Origin: Neocallimastix sp. 'constans'
Taxonomy: Eukaryota
DNA length: 64,000 bases
Reading direction: 5' to 3'
NCBI GenBank assembly: GCA_050613775.1
Contig: JBODTK010000121.1
Coordinates: forward strand, 124,001-188,000
Part shown: one piece after another, positions 54,086-64,000 of the stretch
Position numbering within the stretch: the first letter of the stretch is position 1
Layout: every line of letters begins with the position of its first letter
Made by a program: the position numbers and the translations under genes
The notes under the pieces: model-generated
Databases searched by the model: none
What the model was told of the DNA's origin: nothing
The model's input: the letters and a program-made list of their open reading frames with translations, nothing else

Positions 54086-56239
54086 TTTTCTTGTGATAAC
54101 CATTTTTAATTTTTTTTAATTAATTTCTTTTTTTTTTTTTTTTATTTTTTATTTTATTAAATTTATTAAATTTATTTATATTTATTTTATATAAATATAA
54201 ATTTATATATATATATTTTATCTTGTATTTATGGAAGGAACATCTCCTTTTTTTTTTTTTTTTTTTTCTTTTCAATAACATAAAAATTAATAAAAACATA
54301 TATATATTTAAAAATCTAGACTTTTTTTTATTTTTTATTATCTTTATCTTTATTTTTATTAAAATCTTTAATAAAAAAAAAATTTAAAATTAATTAATAA
54401 ATATTTAAATTTCTTTGGTTAATTTAATGTAAAAATAAAACAAAAAAAAATTTTTTTTTTTTTAAATTATTATTATGATTAAAAAAAATTAAATAATAAT
54501 AAAATAAAATAAAATAAAATAAAATAAAATAATAATAAAATTTAAGGGGAAAAAAAGTCTCCTTCTTTAATTCTACGACCGAAAAAAAAAAATTAATTTT
54601 TTTTAATAAAAAAAATTTTATTAATAAAAATAAAAAGAATATTAAATAATAAAACACAAATATACGGATTAATCAAATATTTTTAAAATATTTTTATGTT
54701 TTATCATGTATAAATTTTTAAATTAATTATCATTTTATTTTATTTTATTTTTTTTTTTTTTTTTTTTTTTTAATTTAATTTTTATAAAATAATAATAGAT
54801 AATAATAATAAATAACAATAAATAATAATAAATAATAAATAATAAAAATTATAAAAATTTAATTAATAAAAAAAATAATAATAAATAATAATAATAATTA
54901 AAAAATTTTAGCCAAAGTGTAAAAAAAAGAAAATAAAAAATAAAAATTTTTTTTTAAATTTTTAATTATTATTTTTCTTTTATTTAATGAGAGGAAAGGG
55001 GAAAAAAAAATTAACCGCTTATTATTAAAAGTTAAAATATAGATATAGGAATGAATAGATATAAATATAAGCCTTATTCATCTATAATATAAAATTACAT
55101 AGTTATAAATAGATAGAGAGAAAGAGATGATAAAGAGGTATAATTAATTCATAAAATAGTTGATTATTGATAATAAAAATCTTTTTCTTTCTTTTTTTTT
55201 TTTTTTTTTTTTTTTGTTTCTTTATATAAAAATTAAATATATATTAATCTAAATATCATGGATGATAAATAACTAAAAATAATAATAATAACAATAATAA
55301 TAATCTTTTTTTTTCACTCTTGTTTTTATTCTTATTCTACTTTCCTTCATACATTCAAAAATCAAAAAAGAAAAAAATAAAAATAAATAAAAATAAAAGT
55401 AAAAATTCTCCTTAAAATTTATTTTTTTAAATTTTATTTAATTTTTTTTTTTGTTAGCGTATATGTATAATTAAAAAATTTTTTTTTTCGACTTTTTCTT
55501 TTTTCCTTTTTTGTGGTGAAGTGATAAACTACATTATTTTAAAAAAAAATTAATGACAAAATTTTTATTTATTCAATTATTCAATTATTTATTATTCAAT
55601 TATTTATTATTCAATTATTCAATTATTTATTATTTATTATTTATTATTTATTAATAAATACTCTTTTTTTTAATTATTTATTATTTTATTATTCAATTAT
55701 TCAATTATTTATTATTCAATTATTTATATTTATTATTTATTATTTATTATTTATTATTATTTATTAATAAATACTCTTTTTTTTTATTATATTTATTATT
55801 TTATTATTCAATTATTCAATTATTTATTATTCAATAATTTATTATTCAATTATATATTATTTATTTATTTATTATTCAATTATTTATTATTCAATTATAT
55901 ATTATTTATTTATTTATTATTCAATTATTTATTATATATTATTTATTTATTTATTTATTATTCCATTATTTATTATTTATTATTTATTATTTATGGGAGA
56001 GGTCCAAAACGCCAAATTTTTTCACGTGATATATCAAATTTTGAGGCTTTTTAAATTAATAGTTATATGATACTATTTTGTTGTATTATTAATTTGTAAT
56101 TTTTTTCTTAAAATTTATTAAGTGAATAATTAAATAAATTATAATGGTTAGATAAAAATAAATATTTTTTTACAAAAAAAAAAAATAAAATAAAATATTC
56201 AAACAATTAAAAATTTAATATTCAAACAATTAAAAGGTT

Positions 56240-59210
56240 TATTTTAAAAAAAAAAAATATTAATAAAATACTTTAACAATTATATAGATTTATTTATTTA
56301 AAAAAAATATTAATAAAATACTTTAACAATTATATAGATTTATTTATTTAAAAAAAATATTAATAAAATACTTTAACAATTATATAGATTTATTTATTTA
56401 AAAAATATTAATAAAATATTTAAACAACTATTAATAAAATACTTTAGCAATTATATAGATTTATTTATTTAAAAAAAATATTAATAAAATACTTTAACAA
56501 TTATATAGATTTATTTATTTAAAAAATATTAATAAAATATTTAAACAACTATTAATAAAATACTTTAACAATTATATAGATTTATTTATTTAAAAAAAAT
56601 ATTAATAAAATACTTTAGCAATTATATAGATTTATTTATTTAAAAAAAAATATTAATAAAATACTTTAACAATTATATAGATTTATTTATTTAAAAAAAA
56701 ATATTAATAAAATACTTTAACAATTATATAGATTTATTTATTAAAAAAATATTAATAAAATATTTAAACAACTATTAATAAAATACTTTAGCAATTATAT
56801 AGATTTATTTATTTAAAAAAAATATTAATAAAATACTTTAACGATTATATAGATTTATTTATTTAAAAAATATTAATAAAATATTTAAACAACTATTAAT
56901 AAAATACTTTAACAATTATATAGATTTATTTATTTAAAAAAATATTAATAAAATACTTTAACAATTATATAGATTTATTTATTTAAAAAAAAATATTAAT
57001 AAAATACTTTAACAATTATATATATTTATTTATTTAAAAAAAAATATTAATAAAATACTTTAACAATTATATAGATTTATTTATTTAAAAAAAATATTAA
57101 TAAAATACTTTAGCAATTATATAGATTTATTTATTTAAAAAATATTAATAAAATATTTAAACAACTATTAATAAAATACTTTAACAATTATATAGATTTA
57201 TTTATTTAAAAAAAATATTAATAAAATACTTTAACAATTATATAGATTTATTTATTTAAAAAAAATATTAATAAAATACTTTAACAATTATATAGATTTA
57301 TTTATTTAAAAAATATTAATAAAATATTTAAACAACTATTAATAAAATACTTTAACAATTATATAGATTTATTTATTTAAAAAAAATATTAATAAAATAC
57401 TTTAACAATTATATAGATTTATTTATTTAAAAAAAAATATTAATAAAATACTTTAACAATTATATAGATTTATTTATTTAAAAAAAATATTAATAAAATA
57501 CTTTAACAATTATATAGATTTATTTATTTAAAAAAAATATTAATAAAATACTTTAACAATTATATAGATTTATTTATTTAAAAAATATTAATAAAATATT
57601 TAAACAACTATTAATAAAATACTTTAACAATTATATAGATTTATTTATTTAAAAAAAATATTAATAAAATACTTTAACAATTATATAGATTTATTTATTT
57701 AAAAAAAAATATTAATAAAATACTTTAACAATTATATAGATTTATTTATTTAAAAAATATTAATAAAATATTTAAACAACTATTAATAAAATACTTTAAC
57801 AATTATATAGATTTATTTATTTAAAAAAAATATTAATAAAATACTTTAACAATTATATAGATTTATTTATTTAAAAAAAATATTAATAAAATACTTTAAC
57901 AATTATATAGATTTATTTATTTAAAAAATATTAATAAAATATTTAAACAACTATTAATAAAATACTTTAACAATTATATAGATTTATTTATTTAAAAAAA
58001 ATATTAATAAAATACTTTAACAATTATATAGATTTATTTATTTAAAAAAAAATATTAATAAAATACTTTAACAATTATATAGATTTATTTATTTAAAAAA
58101 TATTAATAAAATATTTAAACAATTATATAGATTTATTTATTTAAAAAAAATATTAATAAAATACTTTAACAATTATATAGATTTATTTATTTAAAAAAAA
58201 TATTAATAAAATACTTTAACAATTATATAGATTTATTTATTTAAAAAATATTAATAAAATATTTAAACAATTATATAGATTTATTTATTTAAAAAAAATA
58301 TTAATAAAATACTTTAACAATTATATAGATTTATTTATTTAAAAAATATTAATAAAATATTTAAACAATTATATAGATTTATTTATTTAAAAAAAATATT
58401 AATAAAATACTTTAACAATTATATAGATTTATTTATTTAAAAAAAATATTAATAAAATACTTTAACAATTATATAGATTTATTTATTTAAAAAATATTAA
58501 TAAAATATTTAAACAACTATTAATAAAATACTTTAACAATTATATAGATTTATTTAATTAAAAAAAAATATTAATAAAATACTTTAACAATTATATAGAT
58601 TTATTTATTTAAAAAAAATATTAATAAAATACTTTAACAATTATATAGATTTATTTATTTAAAAAAAATATTAATAAAATACTTTAACAATTATATAGAT
58701 TTATTTATTTAAAAAAAAATATTAATAAAATACTTTAACAATTATATAGATTTATTTATTTAAAAAATATTAATAAAATATTTAAACAATTATATAGATT
58801 TATTTATTTAAAAAAAATATTAATAAAATACTTTAGCAATTATATAGATTTATTTATTTAAAAAATATTAATAAAATATTTAAACAACTATTAATAAAAT
58901 ACTTTAACAATTATATATATTTATTTATTTAAAAAAAAATATTAATAAAATACTTTAACAATTATATAGATTTATTTATTTAAAAAAAAAATATTAATAA
59001 AATACTTTAACAATTATATATATTTATTTATTTAAAAAAAAAATATTAATAAAATACTTTAACAATTATATATATTTATTTATTTAAAAAAAAATATTAA
59101 TAAAATACTTTAACAATTATATAGATTTATTTATTTAAAAAAAAATATTAATAAAATACTTTAACAATTATATAGATTTATTTATTTAAAAAAAAATTAA
59201 TAAAATATTT
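56240..59210. repeat. ~3 kb minisatellite array inside the MULE: ~50-bp unit A(n)TATTAATAAAATACTTTAACAATTATATAGATTTATTTATTT with an interspersed ~24-bp variant module
   Basis: Roughly 50 near-identical units and no unique spacers. Confidence 0.95.
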
Positions 59211-59562
59211 AAACAATTATTAATAAAATTAATTATAAACATTAATAATAAAATATAAAAATATAAAAATATATTATTGATATTAATAATAAAGTATAAA
59301 AATATAGGATTATTTATTTTAAAAAAAATATAAATAAAATATTTAAACAATTATTAATAAAATTAATTATAATAATAAAATTATAGAATATTTATTTAAA
59401 CTACATAAATTTTATCAAGTATATAAACATTTTAACTTTTTAATAATTATAAATTTTTTAATTAATAAATTTAATTATAAGTTTTTGTATGAAAGAATTT
59501 TAATGATTTTTTCTTTTGGAAATTCCTCTGTCATTTCATAATTATTTATTATTAAATAATAT

Positions 59563-60980
59563 TTATAAAATATTATTTAAATTAGTTAAACATTCAAACC
59601 ACAATTTAGAAAGATCACTTCTATCATATTTTATATTAATTAACTTGGCTTCTTTATTTTTGTATTTTTCAATTAAGATATTAATTTCATCAGTTTTTGT
59701 TTTTATTTTTTTTTTTCATTCTCCAAATTCCTTTTATTTTCATTTGGTAATCATAATATGATAAATGTTCCTGTTCTTTTAATTTATTTATTAATTCATA
59801 AAAATTTGGTTTCATTGGAAATAGTTTATTTAAAGAATTATTGAGTGATTCTGAAGCATTATTGGTTATATGTTCAATATTATTATAATAATTCCAACTT
59901 TTCATATCGTAACCAATTAAATATGTTTCATAAAAATATTCTAAAAATTTTAAAAATTGACAAGAATTTTTTTCAATGGATTTAGTTTTAATTAATGAAA
60001 AAATATCCATTATGTATTCAGGGTTGATAAATGGTAAGTTTGAAATTCCTTTGTAATAATTAAATATTTTTTCATCATCGTTCACTTCATTACGGCACAA
60101 TTCATTTTTTTTAATTTCTAATAAATTTTTATAATGCCAAATACAATATTTAATATTTATATTAGGAAATATTTTTTTAACTGCTTTGGATATGCCTTTT
60201 TCAAAATCGCAATGTACATTTTTTGGTTCAGTTATAATATTATTATTAGAATTTTGTTTTAATTTATTGAATAACATTTTATATGTTTTTTGCTTTTTAT
60301 TTCTTAATATTGCATAAGAAGTAGTATAAAAACTATTCAATTCTTTAACGTAAGTTCTAGTAATAAACACTTGTTGACTAAATTTAGGTGCGATATAAAA
60401 AGTACCATCCACAAATATATCATTATTTCTTAAATAATTTTGCTTGGAAAGGGGATTGAAAAATTACTAAATCAGAATTTTTGAATATCATAAAATCTTC
60501 ATTTCGTTCAGTTTTATAATATTCAGATTCATTAGGAATTTCATTAAAAGTTGTTACATTGGATGGTAGTTTTTTATTAATACTTCTTAATATTAGAGTT
60601 TTAACTGAAATATATTCTGGACACGGATATATAAATCCCATTTCTTTAGAAATTTCATTATATAGTCTTTTTCGTTTTATATCAAAAGGATTTGAATGTT
60701 TTTTAATTTCATCTTTAATTTTATGTTTCATTACAGATAGGGATACACTGTATTCGTTTCCAGGATGATTATGTAAACTCTCATATTTTAAGATTTCTTT
60801 CTCATTATTTAAAATAATAAAAGATTTACATTTATTATTTTTTTTATATTCGGTACATTTATAAACTCTTGAATTATCTTTCCTTGAATGTGAAAAATTA
60901 AATTTATATTGTTTATTAATAATGATTTGTTCTTCTCCTTTATTAGACTCACTTATATAAATAGTTATGTTTTCTTCCAT
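59563..60980 (-). pseudogene. MULE transposase (FLYWCH-like zinc domain + DDE domain) with two frameshifts (~60425 and ~59710)
   Basis: Zinc motif YKC..Y.....C...HNH; catalytic-type motifs VDGTF, HCDFE, CIWH, TNNASESLN. A C-terminal tail ...LWFECLTNLNNIL* lies in another frame. Confidence 0.85.
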
Positions 60981-61399
60981 TTATAAATTTTAATATATAG
61001 TTTTTAATTATATCTTTTAAATAATTATATTAATTATCTAAATATTATTTTTTAATATTAATTCTGAACAATTAAATATTCAATTTTTTTTAAAAGATAA
61101 AAAGTATTTTAATTATTTCTTTTTCTTTTAATTTTTTTTAAAAAAAAAACAGATACATAAAGTATATATGAAAATATTTTAATTTTTATTATTTAAAAGT
61201 AAATTATTTATTTAATGTATATAAAAAAAACTTAATTATTTATTTATTCTAAATTAATATTAATTATTTTTTTTAATATATACTAATAAAGAATTTATGA
61301 ATTAATTAATTATTTTATTTATATTATAATCTAATTAAATTATTAACTTTTAAGTCTTTTTAAAACAACAAATATATATAGCATTTTTTAGCATATAAA

Positions 61400-61880
61400 G
61401 TAGAACTGGGCTTTCTACTGGTTGTTATGTGGCGACTTAATAATCATCTGGTGTCCGGCCAACCCCTGCTGGTATCTATTCTTGATCTGATTTTCCCGAT
61501 AGTGTTTGGAGAAAGGGTAAAGGGGTTATAATGGCACAATTTCAGGTAAGTATTAATTCCGCTCCTACCATTATTGGATTGCCACGTATTTAATTTCTAT
61601 ATTTGATCACCCATGGCATCCTAGTGTAGTTGTATAGCCTATACTGTGAGGGTTACGAGTTCAATTTCTATAGGATAACACGGATGTTATTTGGCAAGAC
61701 ATGTCTACTGGAGCTACCTCTGCTTAGGAATTTGGAGCGCCGACGTCGTACTGATATAGTATAAGATATATATACCAAAGTATATATGTTCTTTACAAGC
61801 CCATATATATAATATGGGATAGACATGTGAATTCATATGTGTAAAAAACCTATTTATATATCTCTACAAAACGGTTGCTG
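61400..61880 (+). other. GC-rich non-coding island inside the MULE, probably derived from a LINE 3' end
   Basis: GC content far above the flanks; shares a 21/22-nt motif with the LINE 3' region at 26666-26687; several hairpins. Confidence 0.55.
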
Positions 61881-62668
61881 TAATATATAAATAGTAATTG
61901 AAATGTGAACAACAAATTTTAATTTTTGAAATTTCAATTTACAGTTATAATTTAAGTCTTATAAAAATATTATTTTGTAATTTTTATTATTATTTAATAT
62001 ATTATTTATAAATTATATATAAAATAAAAGGTTTAATTCTATTATTAATAACAACTAAAGTTTTAGTTATAATATAAAAAATTAATATTTTAAATAATAT
62101 TAATTTAAATATAAATTTATAAAATAAAATTTTTTAATAATAAAATATAAAAATATTATATTGATATTAATAATAAAATATAAAAATATGAAAATATAAA
62201 AATATAATATTAATAGAAAAATATAAAAATATAATATCAATAATAAAATATAAAATATAAAAATATAATATAAATATTAATAATAAAATATAAAAAATAA
62301 GGTTATAAGGAAAATAATTATTTATCATTTTCCTTATAACATGATTGTCAAAAAAAAAAAAATTATATAAAAATATTTTATTTTTTATTGACCTTTTTAA
62401 TTTTTATTTATTTATTTATTTACTTATTTATTTATACATTTATTTCTTTTTTACTTAAAATTATATTAAATTTTATGGCGTAATAATATAAATTTTAAAA
62501 GCCACAAATAAATAGATGGCTTATTAAAATTTCAAAAAAAAAAAATTGGCGAAATGGACCACATTCATTATTTATTATTTATTATTTATTATTTATTATT
62601 TATTATTTATTATTTATTATTTATTATAAGAATTTCTTTATATAGTAATAATTAATGAATTTATGAAA

Positions 62669-62707
<39 letters not shown>

Positions 62708-63351
62708 AAATATAAAATAAAATAAGATGAAGATAATGTAACATTTTTTTTAAATATATAAAATATAATTTATACTAATATAAAATAGAATAGAATAGAA
62801 TAAAATAAAATACAAAATATAAAGTTTATAATGAAAACTCCAACTAATCAATAACTCTTACAAACCTTTGAATTAATTTAACAGAGAAAAAAAAAAAAAA
62901 AAAAAAAAAAAAAACTTATTAAAGTGACCAAGTTATTTCAACCTTTGAACTCCTTTAAAAATAAAATAAATTTAAGAATAAAAATTAAAATTAAAATAAA
63001 ATACAACTCAATAAATATTAAAAAAATATATATATATATATTTTTTTTTATCTTCTTTTTTTTTTCATGTAATCAACTTTTTAAAAATAAAATTAATATT
63101 ATATAATAAAACTTATAATTTCCTTTTTTATAATTGCTTTTTTTTTTTTTTTTTTAATAATTTTTTAAAATTAAATTGAGTCTTAAATTCATTTTCATTT
63201 CCTTTATATATATAGATTTATTCCTATTTTAATATATTTTATTCTTCCTATATATATTTTTTTCTCTATTATTATTGATCATTATTATTATTGTTGTTGT
63301 TGTTGTTGTTATATTTTTCTCTCTTTCTTTAAAATGATTTCTTTTTCTTTT

Positions 63352-63382
<31 letters not shown>

Positions 63383-64000
63383 CGTTATTTTCCTTTATAA
63401 TAAAATTTTATTAAAATATTAAATTTATATTTTATATTTATATTTTTTTTTCCTTTTTTATTTATTTTTTTATTTCTTATTTCTTTTTTTTTTTTATTTC
63501 ATTTCTCATGTTTCAATTTGTTTATGTTTCATTCATCATTTCTTATTTCATTCATTTTTTTTTTTTTTTTTTTTTAATTCTGTAATTTAACAAATTAAAA
63601 AAATTAAAAAAATTTTTTTTTTCCTTTTTTATTATTTTTTATTATTTTTTATTATTTTTTTTTTTTTTTTTTAATTTAAATTTTTTTTCCCATCATCATT
63701 TAATTTAAAAATTTTCCTTTTTTTTTTTTTTTTTTTTTTCTCTCTCTTTGTTAATTTATCCAAATAATAATGATGCTAATAATGTTATTATTATTTGTTA
63801 TTATTATAAATACTAATAATTGACACAACAACATAAAAAAAAATAATAATAATTAAAAAAATTTTTTTTTTTTTATTTAATTTATTGTATCAAAAAAAAT
63901 TTATTTATTTAATATTAATATATACATATATACATATATTTTATATTGATTCAAACAAATAAATAATTATATTAATATTTTAGAAAAAAAAAAAAAAAAA

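Larger units (their letters stand above)
55995..62566 (-). mobile_element. Mutator-like (MULE) DNA transposon, 6572 bp
   Basis: Imperfect TIRs (left GGGAGAGGTCCAAAACGCCAAATTTTTT; right, reverse-complemented, GAATGTGGTCCATTTCGCCAATTTTTTT). 9-bp direct repeats ATTATTTAT at 55986-55994 and 62567-62575. Internal MULE transposase. Confidence 0.85.

Noticed and set aside
56240..59210. Regular ~50-bp array resembling a CRISPR array
   Set aside because: No unique spacers, no cas genes and a eukaryotic context; it is a minisatellite.
61640..61690. Twister-ribozyme-like loop GAGGGTTACGAGTTC
   Set aside because: P4 pairing is weak, and no properly placed UAA cleavage site or pseudoknot partner was found.

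Overview
Extremely AT-rich eukaryotic DNA with short GT-AG introns. A fungal dockerin gene and SBP-7TM receptor fusions point to an anaerobic gut fungus (Neocallimastigomycota); this is inferred, not proven. From left to right the window holds: (1) a decayed ankyrin gene; (2) a ~5.6 kb direct tandem duplication carrying two intact class C GPCR-like genes with a bacterial-type solute-binding ectodomain, plus a 4-exon four-TM membrane gene that is intact in one unit and dead in the other; (3) an RNase T2 pseudogene; (4) a LINE relic; (5) an intronless dockerin + alpha/beta-hydrolase gene and its inverted pseudogene; (6) a near full-length, frameshifted APE-RT LINE interrupted by a microsatellite-tailed repeat; (7) a 4-exon C2H2 transcription factor; (8) a ~17 kb region with no credible genes; (9) a 6.57 kb Mutator-like transposon (imperfect TIRs, 9-bp TSD) containing a ~3 kb higher-order minisatellite and a GC-rich cargo. 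The most intriguing unexplained signal is a set of GC-rich islands, two at LINE 3' ends and one inside the MULE, with hammerhead-ribozyme-like motifs. Two of these islands share a 21/22-nt identical CpG-rich core. All of this was read by eye; nothing was folded or searched.
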